Shown piece after piece: positions 39,318 to 48,940 of a stretch of DNA of 64,000 nucleotides. The DNA comes from an uncultured Clostridia bacterium. GTDB taxonomy: Bacteria > Bacillota > Clostridia > TANB77 > CAG-508. Location of the stretch: positions 143,480 to 207,479 of the forward strand of contig CAKPNF010000001.1 in the NCBI GenBank assembly GCA_934168305.1, written 5' to 3'. Position 1 is the stretch's first letter, and each line of letters opens with the position of its first letter. The notes under the pieces are model-generated. The model searched no databases. It saw nothing but the letters and a program-made list of their open reading frames with translations, and had not been told where the DNA came from. The translations under genes and the position numbers were made by a program.

Positions 39318-40437
39318 TTAAGTTTTTTGACTCGTTCCCAAATCTTCTTTTAAAAAACTTTCCATGAATCCATCTAAATCGCCATCCATAACACCTTGCA
39401 CATTTCCTACTTCATAATTAGTTCTGTGGTCTTTTACCATAGTATATGGGCAAAATACATATGAACGTATCTGGCTTCCCCATGCTATATCTCTTTGTTC
39501 TCCTTTTAAGTCTTCAATTTTTTCTTTATGTTCTTGTTCTTTTAAATCAAATAGTTTGGATTTAAGCATTTTCATAGCAGTTTCTCTATTTTGAATTTGT
39601 GAACGTTCTGATTGACATGCTACAACAGTGTTTGTTGGAATATGTGTAATTCTTACTGCTGAAGATGTTTTATTTATGTGTTGTCCTCCAGCTCCTGATG
39701 CTCTGTATGTGTCAATTCTTAAATCGTCTGGATTTATATTTATTTCTATATCTTCTGTTATTTCCGGTAATACTTCTACTGATGCAAATGATGTATGTCT
39801 TCTTCCTCCACTGTCAAATGGCGAAATCCTTACTAATCTATGAACACCTTTTTCAGATTTCATGTATCCATAAGCATTTTGACCAATTATTTCAAATGTT
39901 ACACTTTTTATCCCTGCTTCTTCTCCTTCCAGATAATCAAGCTCTTTTACTTCATACTCGTTTTTTGTAGCCCATCTTGTGTACATTCTGTATAGCATCT
40001 CTGCCCAATCCTGTGATTCTGTTCCTCCTGCTCCTGGATGAATTGTAACTATTGCGTTATTTGCATCATATTTGCCAGATAATAATGTTTCTAGTTCTAA
40101 TTTTTCAATATTCTTTTGCTCTTTTTTAGTATTTTTCACTATATCTTTTGCTATTTCTTCATCAAATTCCAATTGAACTAACTCTGATAATTCTAATAAA
40201 TTGTTTATTTCTTTTTCTAATTTTTTATATTTTACATATTTACTTTTTATTCTTTTTATTTCTGATAATACTTTTGTTGTATTTTCTGTATCTTCCCAAA
40301 ATTCTTGTTTTGTTGTTTTTTCTTCTAATTCATTCAATTTTTTTTCTAAACTAGGTATGTCAAAGAGACTCACCCAAGCTTTTTAATTTTTCTTTTAATT
40401 CGTTAAGTATCTTGATTGTTTCTTCAAGTTCTAACAT
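39318..40437 (-). CDS. prfB: peptide chain release factor 2, with programmed +1 frameshift
   Basis: A 25-codon leader ORF (MLELEETIKILNELKEKLKSLGESL*) ends in CTT TGA C. The +1 frame continues as the 351-aa RF2 body with SPF and GGQ (SGAGGQHINK) motifs. Confidence 0.9.
40359..40365 (-). promoter_or_regulatory. RF2 autoregulatory +1 frameshift site CUU UGA C
   Basis: The rc of 40359-40365 reads CTTTGAC, preceded by a purine-rich GGGTGAG SD-like element. Confidence 0.85.
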
Positions 40438-40484
40438 AAAATCACCCCTTATAATAGAAAAAGTAAAGGGAGATAAATCTCCCC

Positions 40485-40730
40485 CTATAAAAGTCCTTCA
40501 AATTCCATAATTAATTTATTTATTTTCTCTATATTTTCAGCCCTAAAGTTAAAAACCAAAATTTCTTGTAATTCTACTTTATAAAAAGTTAAAATACAAT
40601 CATTTTTTGCTGATAGCAAACAAAATAAATCAAAAGATATTTTATTTCTTAATCTCAACGGTATTGTAATTGTTACCTCCCGTTCTCCTCCTCTTGTTAT
40701 TTTTCCCTCCTGCAACAAAATAATATCCAT
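40485..40730 (-). CDS. hypothetical protein (81 aa)
   Basis: ORF followed by the GGGAGA-TTTA-TCTCCC terminator (40463-40478). No motif. Confidence 0.35.
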   Translation of the reverse strand: MDIILLQEGKITRGGEREVTITIPLRLRNKISFDLFCLLSAKNDCILTFYKVELQEILVFNFRAENIEKINKLIMEFEGLL

Positions 40731-40893
40731 TTTTAGGACTCCTTTCTATGTTTTTTAATATATTATCACAAATAACATAATTTTTCAAGAATTTTACATA
40801 TTTTTTTGATTAGCTACGCGATTAAAATATTTATATACTGTAAACATAGAAAAGAGGAGATAATTAAAATTATTCTCCACTTTCATTTATTGG

Positions 40894-41142
40894 TTATAAC
40901 TTTTTTGAAAAATTTTCTAATTTTTTCCAATCATCAGATGAGATTAAAAAAAATCTAAGTCTTCTATCGCTATCAATACTAAAATAGCAATTGAAGCCCT
41001 CCTTTCTACAGTTATAAACAATTTTTTTTACTTTTTCATAATCCTTAGATACATCATCTAATGGATATGAAATATAAATTTTTCGTGTTTTTTTTATTAA
41101 TGTCTTTTTTGTTGAACCATTCATAAGTGTCTCTCCTTTCAT
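40894..41142 (-). CDS. hypothetical protein (82 aa)
   Basis: ORF with an AGGAGAG RBS. No motif. Confidence 0.35.
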   Translation of the reverse strand: MKGETLMNGSTKKTLIKKTRKIYISYPLDDVSKDYEKVKKIVYNCRKEGFNCYFSIDSDRRLRFFLISSDDWKKLENFSKKL

Positions 41143-41304
41143 TTTGCCTTGACACGATTCTAAAAACTATATTTACATAATAACATAAAATATGATAATA
41201 TTCAAGTCTTATATAATTAAAAACTTATTACATTAGATATTTTCTGGCTTTAAGTAGTAAACAAAAAGAAAGTTAACATATTATAGCTATGTTAACTCTC
41301 TTTA

Positions 41305-41365
41305 TTACTAATTTTTGCCACAGCAGTTTTTATATTTTTTTCCAGAACCGCATGTTCTAGCACCT
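41305..41365 (-). pseudogene. displaced, degenerate copy of the secA 3' end (SEC-C zinc motif)
   Basis: The rc translates to ...[16 protein letters not shown], compared with the secA C-terminus [20 protein letters not shown] identity is ~75% over the first ~50 nt from the stop. A terminator hairpin, GTTAACATA-N7-TATGTTAAC, follows at 41270-41294. Confidence 0.75.
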
Positions 41366-41636
41366 CGAATATTATTAGTATTTATTGTATTTATCATATT
41401 ATTTGTATTCGTTGGTGTTACTAGACAATGCACATTTGGTATATTGTATTTTTAGTATATATAATATTTATATACCGATGTCAAATCGCTGTCATTGACA
41501 TCCTACTAATATATCAAATAATTGGCTCTTTCTTAAACAATTTATATATTTAACTTTTATTTACTTACTTCTAATATTATAATAAAAAGGAAGAAAAAAA
41601 TCAACGTTTTAAAGAGGATTTTCTGTAATTTGTATA

Positions 41637-42113
41637 TCAATATTTGTAATTTGAAATTTTATCTATAATGTCAGAATGAATTACTTTTTCAAAAATATCA
41701 TTTGCTTCTTTCCTAGATTCATCAGAACTAGATATATAATAATTTTCTGTTGTTTCAATATTTTTATGACCTAAAATATCAGCAACATCTCTTATTTCTA
41801 CTCCATTTTTTAATATTCTTGTTGCATAACTTCCTCTTAGATCATAAAATCTGCAATTTTTAATTCCTAGTTTTGGAGTTAATTTATCAATTGCTCTTTT
41901 TAATTTTTCATAATCTCTTTTAAGGTTTTCAAATGGGTTATTATCATTTTTATCTTGAATTTTGGACCATTCTACATAATTTATTTTTTCTTCTCGCTTT
42001 TTAATAACTTCAAGATGTTTCTCATAATCAAGTTTTTTATGTAATAATGCTATTTGCATATAATTTAAGAATCTAGCAAATACTACATCATCCTCTAACT
42101 CAATATCAAACAT
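41637..42113 (-). pseudogene. tyrosine integrase C-terminal fragment
   Basis: YDLRGSYATRILKNGVEIRDVADILGHKNIETTENYY covers only the HxxR...Y catalytic end. The N-terminal half is unrelated sequence. Confidence 0.7.
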
Positions 42114-42838
42114 AAATAAAACCTCCTACATACTCAAAATTTGCAAATTTTTGAGTATGAGGAGGTCCCCTACATCTTTGTGCTAAAAAGCAAACAAGGA
42201 CAAACTTACCCCTAAAAATAAGCTTGTCCTCATCTACATATTTAATTGATTTTTGCACATAAATAATAACAATTCTCACAACCACACTTCCTAATGCATA
42301 GATGTAAAAATCAGCATAAACTCACCTAAATCTACGCCAAATTTTCTTTCAAAAATTTATCCTTTGGTTCGTTTATGCTGTATAGTGTTTTAAATGGAAG
42401 TGTCTGTATATAAGAAAAATACACCCAATTACCCCATAATAAAGTTATTGTGTGCATTTGTAATTCTATTCTTATATGCAATAAAAAAATCCATCTTATC
42501 CCTCCTAATCTTTACAAAATCTCTTTTGTCTATTGATGGATTTATCTTTTGCTTTACCAGCGACATCTTATCATATTTTTTATGCGAAATCTGTCAAATT
42601 TTGCGAAAAAGTAAAAAAAGTTTACAAAAAATGTATTTTTCGGTTCCATACAACAATTTTCGCTCTTTTGTATAATATTTTGTAACAAATAAGAATAATT
42701 TTAATGGTATTTTATGATAGAAAATGATATTTTTAGAAAAAAGCAAAAAATATAGTATCTCTGCTATAAAAATATCTAAATATTCAAAGGCTTCTCGATT
42801 AAAAAGTGAAAAAAATAAAGCACCTTTATATCGGCACT

Positions 42839-44393
42839 TTATCTACTCACATCCTCGATTGAAGTATCTCTGTTAACTAAATGTAATTGTTCTAATTGTC
42901 TTTCGGTAATATTTATAACTTTACCACAACATGGATTAAAGTCTTTATTTCCATATACTAGCCAAATAACATTTTCCCTTTTTAAATCTTCCTTTGGCAT
43001 TGTACCAGGGCAAGGATAACCATCAGTAAATACTATTTTGTTGATTTCTCTCTTTTTAGTAAAACTTCTTACTGCTAAATCCCAATCCTCAGTCCATGCA
43101 GAATCTCCTCTAGCTCCTCTAGGTATTGTAAAATTGTCTATATCTCTTGCACTTTTAATATCTACAAGTCCCCAAAATTTTTCGTTAAAGCATCCAACTT
43201 TTAATTTTGATTGCTTTAATATTGGCTTTATTTGTCTTAAAAATGCTTTTACTAAATCTAAATCTACTGATCCAGAAACATCTATCATAATTTCTGTTTC
43301 AGCCTCATCTTCTATATCATTTTCTTCTAGTCTATAGGCATAATTATTTTCTGCAATAGAGCGTCTTTGGCTCCAAATTGTTTCTGTTTTTTCTACTTCC
43401 CTTCGTAGCAAAACTTTCCAATCAATAGTTTCTTTACTATCACCTATGCTACCAAGTTCTATTGTTCCTTCCTGTGTTCCTCTTATGTCGTGTTCTGTTT
43501 TTTCACGCCTTGCTTTAAATCTTTTTCTTTTTTCTTGTCTATTATCTTCAAATTCACTTCTCTCATCAAAGTCCATTTGTGGTTGTTCATCAATAGCTTT
43601 CTGTTTTTCTGCTCCTTCACTTTTTTGTTTTTGTCCTTGCTGTTGTTGATTTCTAAATGCTTCTTCCCATAAACTATGGTCATCTCCTTGGTGTGATGGT
43701 TGTTGTTTTCCTTCTCCTTCTCCTTCTTTTTCGCCTTTGCTTTCTCCATCACCTTGATTTCCATCCTGTTCTTGTTCCCCTTCTTGATTACCTTTTTGTT
43801 TATTTTGCTCGCCTACATCATTTTGACTACCATCTTTATTTTCACCATCTTGGCTTTGTCCACCACTATCACCTTGATTTTGTTCTTGATTTCCTTGTCC
43901 GTTTTTGTTCTTGTTCTTTTTGTTGCTTTTCTTTTTCTTGTAATAAAATTTGATAAAATTCTTCTGCCGAATAATTTAATGCTTCTGGCATATTTACATA
44001 TCCTTCTTTAATTGTAAATCCATCTCTCTCTAAATTAGCATTTATAATAGCATCAGTTGCAATATTCCACAATTCTGGATCTCTTTTTTTACCTTCTTTA
44101 TCTGTTAATCTATACATGTGCATAAATTTAATGTGCATTATTTCGTGTGCTATTGTAAACAATCTATCGCTTTCACTTAAATTTCCAAAATAATTAGGAT
44201 CAACATATATATTTTTCCCATCTGTTGCTGCGGTATGAAAAGGTAAATCATCTTTAAACTCAATATTTGCAACTGCAATTTCGCTACCAAATCTAGGATA
44301 TTTTGCCAACATTTTTCTTTTTACATCATAAATCATATCTACATTAGCATCCATCCGTTGCACTTCCCTTCTACCTAAAATGCAACCACGCAA
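42839..44393 (-). pseudogene. DUF2201-type protein: N-terminal HExxH metallopeptidase domain, Q/E/G/N-rich linker, C-terminal vWA domain. Frame-broken as assembled.
   Basis: HEIMH in ORF 43869-44393 and the MIDAS motif DVSGS in ORF 42839-43576. The vWA frame is open without stops from 43900 down to 43576 and joins the first ORF at the in-frame CGG at 43901-43899. Confidence 0.7.
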
Positions 44394-44743
44394 AGATTAT
44401 GAAGTTCTGATGATATATTTTTTAATCTATCTTTATTTTCAACGGTTAAAACTATAACAACATCCTCTGGTAATAAAATTCCATTAAATTCTCTATCTTT
44501 CACTATTTGATAAAATTTATCTTGTTTGTCTAGTTCTAATTTATCAATTTCTTCTATTACAAGAAATTCAAATTTCTCATCTGCTTTAGATATTTTTTCT
44601 TTAAAGATTTTAAGTAATTCATTATCTTTACATTTTGAATTGATTAAAATCTTTGAATTAAGTTTTTCTATATCTTCGTTTTGAATTATAGCACAAGTAG
44701 CTTTACATCCTTTTTGCAATTCAATTAAATCTATATTCATCAT
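44375..44743 (-). CDS. hypothetical protein (122 aa)
   Basis: ORF tightly packed between the 162-aa ORF and the DUF2201 gene. No motif. Confidence 0.5.
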   Translation of the reverse strand: MMNIDLIELQKGCKATCAIIQNEDIEKLNSKILINSKCKDNELLKIFKEKISKADEKFEFLVIEEIDKLELDKQDKFYQIVKDREFNGILLPEDVVIVLTVENKDRLKNISSELHNLCVVAF

Positions 44744-44748
44744 TATTT

Positions 44749-45237
44749 TTAGCCCCTTTCCTTTTTATTTATAAAGAAACTTAATATTTTATTTAAAAAC
44801 TTTTTAAATAAACCTTCTTCTTTATATTCAATTATAGAGGTTTCTTTTTCAGTTACATTTTCAGTAATTGTATTTGTTTTTGCTTCTTTTTTATTCTTAA
44901 ATATGTCATCTATATCATAATTGTCCATTTTTTCCGTTTTCTCTGTCTTTGAATTATTAGCATGTATTATATTTTTATAATTGTTTCTATCTTTATCATT
45001 GCACCACCAAGTAATATAAATAAATCCTAAAAGTTCTCTAGTCTGCTTTCTTAAATTAAGTCCACTAATTGGCCCATTATGATTAAAGTTTGCTTTGTAA
45101 TTCTTATTTGCGATTTCTGTTAGAAATTTTATAAAACTTTGTGGTATTTTTCTTACATCTTCTTGATTTGTATAATTTAATATATCTAAAACTTCAACTG
45201 CTGCCTCGCTATACTCAACTTCTCTCATTATCTTCAC
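44749..45237 (-). CDS. hypothetical protein (162 aa)
   Basis: Overlaps the end of the DGR target by 23 nt, consistent with translational coupling. No motif. Confidence 0.5.
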   Translation of the reverse strand: MKIMREVEYSEAAVEVLDILNYTNQEDVRKIPQSFIKFLTEIANKNYKANFNHNGPISGLNLRKQTRELLGFIYITWWCNDKDRNNYKNIIHANNSKTEKTEKMDNYDIDDIFKNKKEAKTNTITENVTEKETSIIEYKEEGLFKKFLNKILSFFINKKERG

Positions 45238-47470
45238 CTCTCATTTCTTTAGTATCTCTGCCTAAATAACTGCTATACATTTGTCCTATGCCTGTATATG
45301 CAGTTGCACCATCTTGTGCAAATTGTTCGGCTTCCATTCTAGTATGTAAAGATAATGCCTGCTCTTGCAATTCTGCAATTCTTTCCATCTTTCTTTCATC
45401 ATTTCCAGCCCAATATATATCGTAAATTGATAAATATTCTGGATCACAATGTTTTCTTATAAAATCTCTACAAGCTTCAACTTGTTTTTCATCCGCCGTT
45501 ATTAAAGCAGTCATATAAGCAAATCTCTCACTTATATCTCTAGGTAAATCTGCTTGTGTATATCCTTTTCCCATACCTTGTGTTACTTCTTCTGGTGTTA
45601 ATGTAGGTAAATTATAAAAATCAAAGAATTCACTAGCCCATTCCATACGAAGTTTTGATTCTATTGACCTTTGAATTATATCCTCAACATCTTTTCCTTC
45701 ATATCTTCCTGCTTCTAAATTTCTTTCAAAATTATATAATGTATTTGAAATTGAAGTCCATCCACGAGGATCATTTGTTCTTCCTTTGCATCCATTAGCG
45801 TCTAAATGTTGTTCTCCAACATCTGGCTCCTCATAAAAATATCCAATATCTTGTATAGCTTCACTTTTACCAGAATTGTTGTATTTTGATAGCATATATC
45901 CTATTACTGCTGGATGAATTTTATGTGGTATTGCATATTCTGTAATCCATTCTCCAACTTTAGGCTCCATATCTAAAATATGGTCGAATCTCTTTTCTAG
46001 TGGCTCTGCCAAATCTTCTGCTACACTTGAATATTTCTTTTGATTTCCTGTTGCTACTACAACCACATTATCTGGTAGTTTAAGTCCTTTGCCTATCTCT
46101 ACCATTCTATTTAATACCAAAGTATATACTAAACTTTGAACTGCTGGTTTAACATTCAAAAGCTCATCTAGCATAATTACAACTTTTTTATCACTCTCTT
46201 TTGACCTTTCATAAACTGTATCTGCTATATCAAATATACTTTGTATATTTTCTTCCACCATTTTTCTTTCTTCTTCCGTTGCTTCTTGCATAATAGCAGT
46301 CTTTGCAAAATCTGGTGGTATGCTTTGTCCTGTTTGCAAATTAACTGATCCCACTACTTTTTCTGGGAACATATTATTTGTTAATTTCATATATATTAAA
46401 TCTGGATATAATGATTTAATTCTTTCCGTTTTTCCTATTCCAGATGGACCTCTTAATAATACTGATTCTCCTGCTTCAATCCAATTCTGTATTATTTCTG
46501 TATCGGTCATTCTTACTCTACTAGCTTGTTTAGTCTTATCTGGATTTAATTTTTGTAATCTTGATTTTCTAGGCTGAATTTCTGGTATTTCTTCACTTTG
46601 TTCTCCTAGTTCTATTGTTCCTCTTGACTGTTCTAATTCTTTAGATAAATATTTATCCATAAATGTTTTAATGTCTGTTCTGTCAAAATCTTTTGTATGA
46701 TAATCTCTTGTATGTTTAAATTGAACTCCAGCAAAAATCAACTTATCTGTAAGCATCATCTTTGCCCTTTCATCAACTAACCATTTTACCGGAGCAACTT
46801 CTACCCATACAGAATCGCCATCTCTATAACTCTCTCCATTTGAAAGTTTAAATTCACCACCATCAAAGCAAGAATTTGCTTCTACTCTCACATATCTCTT
46901 TCCATCTAATTGAAATTCCTCGTGTTGTTTTGGCGAAAACACTTCATCGTATTCATCATATTTTCTTGAATCTGTTGTATATTTCTTTCCAGTTCTTGAT
47001 AAACTTCTTCTTTCAAAAGCTCTTTCTAGTTTTTCTTGCATATCTCTTGATACAGCTTTTTGTGGATAGTATCCATACTCTACCTCTAAAACACCATCTC
47101 TTGCTCTTTTTGGTGCCCCACTCACTCCGTTCGTGGGGATGCTAGAGATTGATGAGAACGGTAAAGCTGGGCGAGCCCCACCATGGCGTGAGTCAACATT
47201 GTCGAGGAAACCAACACCATCGACATCGACCACGAGCGCGTCATTATCTCCATAATCTGATTTAGTCCAATAATATCCAGTTCTTCCCTCTAATGAGTCA
47301 TCACCATCTATATGACAATAATCTCTATCTCTATCAACCCATCCTCCTAGTAATATAGAAAAATCTGTTATTACTGCTTCTTTTCCTCTTTTTTGTAATA
47401 TATCTAATGTTTCACTTTCAAAACACTGCTCTTGTGTCAAAAAAGTTAGATTACTCATAATAAAATTCAC
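45215..47470 (-). CDS. DGR target protein: N-terminal variable ligand-binding-like domain fused to a MoxR/AAA_5-like ATPase
   Basis: The VR encodes residues ~76-101 (…GYYWTKSDYGDNDALVVDVDGVGFLDNVDSRHGGARPALPF). Walker A LLRGPSGIGKT, Walker B VVIMLDELLN. 751 aa. Confidence 0.8.
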   Translation of the reverse strand: MNFIMSNLTFLTQEQCFESETLDILQKRGKEAVITDFSILLGGWVDRDRDYCHIDGDDSLEGRTGYYWTKSDYGDNDALVVDVDGVGFLDNVDSRHGGARPALPFSSISSIPTNGVSGAPKRARDGVLEVEYGYYPQKAVSRDMQEKLERAFERRSLSRTGKKYTTDSRKYDEYDEVFSPKQHEEFQLDGKRYVRVEANSCFDGGEFKLSNGESYRDGDSVWVEVAPVKWLVDERAKMMLTDKLIFAGVQFKHTRDYHTKDFDRTDIKTFMDKYLSKELEQSRGTIELGEQSEEIPEIQPRKSRLQKLNPDKTKQASRVRMTDTEIIQNWIEAGESVLLRGPSGIGKTERIKSLYPDLIYMKLTNNMFPEKVVGSVNLQTGQSIPPDFAKTAIMQEATEEERKMVEENIQSIFDIADTVYERSKESDKKVVIMLDELLNVKPAVQSLVYTLVLNRMVEIGKGLKLPDNVVVVATGNQKKYSSVAEDLAEPLEKRFDHILDMEPKVGEWITEYAIPHKIHPAVIGYMLSKYNNSGKSEAIQDIGYFYEEPDVGEQHLDANGCKGRTNDPRGWTSISNTLYNFERNLEAGRYEGKDVEDIIQRSIESKLRMEWASEFFDFYNLPTLTPEEVTQGMGKGYTQADLPRDISERFAYMTALITADEKQVEACRDFIRKHCDPEYLSIYDIYWAGNDERKMERIAELQEQALSLHTRMEAEQFAQDGATAYTGIGQMYSSYLGRDTKEMRGEDNERS
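47116..47138 (-). other. GC hairpin 28 nt downstream of the VR (DGR-type cruciform/hairpin element)
   Basis: CCCCAC (47116-47121) and GTGGGG (47133-47138) with an 11-nt loop, lying inside the coding sequence. Confidence 0.6.
47167..47244 (-). repeat. DGR variable region (VR)
   Basis: 78 nt aligned to the TR without gaps, with 18 mismatches, 16 of them at TR adenines. About 59% GC. Confidence 0.9.
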
Positions 47471-47572
47471 TCCCTAAATTACAATATTTATCTTCAATAA
47501 ATATCAAAAATACTTTTCTAAAAATATTTTATCATAACAACATTTTTTTGACAATGTATTTGCAAATATTTT

Positions 47573-48597
47573 TTAACTTTTTTTAGGGAATGAATCTTCT
47601 TTTAATTTTTTATTTTCTTTTGTATCTTTTATATGATTATAAAAAGCATTTTTTCTAATGTAAACATAGTTATCATCTACTATATCTTTATCTCGTAATT
47701 TTTTTAAAGTCTTTAAATGCCTTTTCAACCTCTGTTTAGATGAAGCTCTTAATTTTCTTGTTATACTGCCATTCTTGTTCAGGATATGTCTATATCCCAA
47801 AAAATCTATACCATTTCTTACTACACCTATTTGAGTTTTCTGATTAAGTGATAATTTCAAGTCTGTCTTACACTTGTTTTCTATTTCCTTAAGGCTGTTT
47901 TGTAAATATCCTTTATCTCTATGAATTAAGATCATATCATCCATATATCGAATGTACCCTTTTACTCTCAATACTTCCTTAATAAATCTATCAATAACAT
48001 TTAAGTATAATAGTGCAAACCATTGGCTAGATTGATTTCCTAGTGGCAATCCTATATTAGCTTCATTAGGTTGTTCTTTTATAAGTTTTTCAATCATCCA
48101 CATTTCATCTTCTGAAAAGTCGATTTTCTTTAATAAATTTAATAAAATTTTGTGATCTATGCTAGGGAAATATTTTGTAATATCACATTTTAAATAATAA
48201 ATATTGTTATTGTTTTCTTTTCTATATTCATCCTTTAAAAACTTTTCCAATCTTTTAATAGCAAAAGTTGTTCCTTTTTCTTTTCTACAGGCTGCGTTAT
48301 CATATATGAGTTTTCTTTCAATCTTATCTCTTAATACTACATCACAAAAACATTTAATAACTACCCTGTCTTTAAAGGGTAATGCCTCTATTACTCGCTT
48401 TTTAGGCTCATATATAAAAAAATTCTGTATTCCCCTAGTTTGTATTTTTTTGAAATAATATCATTCATAAGATTTGTTATATTTACTGAAAGATTAGCTT
48501 CAAATCTTATTACTTCTCCCTTATGTTGTTTAGATCTTCTGCATCCTTTATATGCTTCATATAAATTTTCAAATGTAAAAATTTCTTCAATTTTCAT
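47573..48597 (-). CDS. DGR reverse transcriptase (two frames joined at a U UUU UUA heptamer)
   Basis: N-terminal FENLYEAYKGCRRSKQHK, IGLPLGNQSSQWFALLYLN (DGR-type motif 4) and YIRYMDDMILI (YMDD). The frames join at 48415-48421. Confidence 0.85.
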
Positions 48598-48819
48598 ATC
48601 TTTTTTCCCCCTAAAAAAAGAACGCCTCTCAAAACTTGCAAAAAATAGTTAATCTATTCGTTGCTCGTGTAAGCGTTCATTTATTCTTCCACCGCACTAT
48701 ATATAGCGGTTAGAAAAGAGAAAAATTCCTTCACTTTAAAATACTGGTATATTTTACCTAAAATATACTTCTCTGATTTGTTTTTTAATCCACTTTTATA
48801 GGATTTATCAAAAGTGAAT

Positions 48820-48897
48820 CTGGGCGAGCCCCACCATTGCGTTTGTTAACATTGTTGTTGTTCCTATTACCATTTTCATTGACCACGCGCGCGTCAT
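48820..48897 (-). repeat. DGR template repeat (TR)
   Basis: Lies between avd and the RT. The coding-sense strand is rich in AAY (…AAT GAA AAT GGT AAT AGG AAC AAC AAC AAT GTT AAC AAA CGC AAT…). The 3' 18 nt, ATGGTGGGGCTCGCCCAG, are identical to the VR. Confidence 0.9.
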
Positions 48898-48940
48898 AGA
48901 GTAAGGGGCAAAAAAAGAAAACCCTAAATAAATTTTTCCC

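Noticed and set aside
42394-42675. ORF 42394-42675 (93 aa) as a gene of the island.
   Set aside because: It is on the opposite strand to all island genes, has no RBS and has a low-complexity hydrophobic translation. It is left unannotated.
43446-44011. Track ORFs 43446-43649, 43490-43672, 43657-43953 and 43700-44011 (plus strand) and 43483-43764 (minus strand) as genes.
   Set aside because: They lie antisense to, or out of frame with, the Q/E/G/N-rich linker of the DUF2201 gene. Their low-complexity Leu/Phe or Lys-rich translations are the expected by-product of that repeat-like sequence.
47573-48597. The RT as a group II intron or retron RT.
   Set aside because: There is no intron domain V/VI-like RNA, no maturase or endonuclease domains, and no msr/msd inverted repeats. 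Instead there is a TR/VR pair with adenine-specific differences, an Avd-like gene and the DGR-type LGNxxSQ motif.
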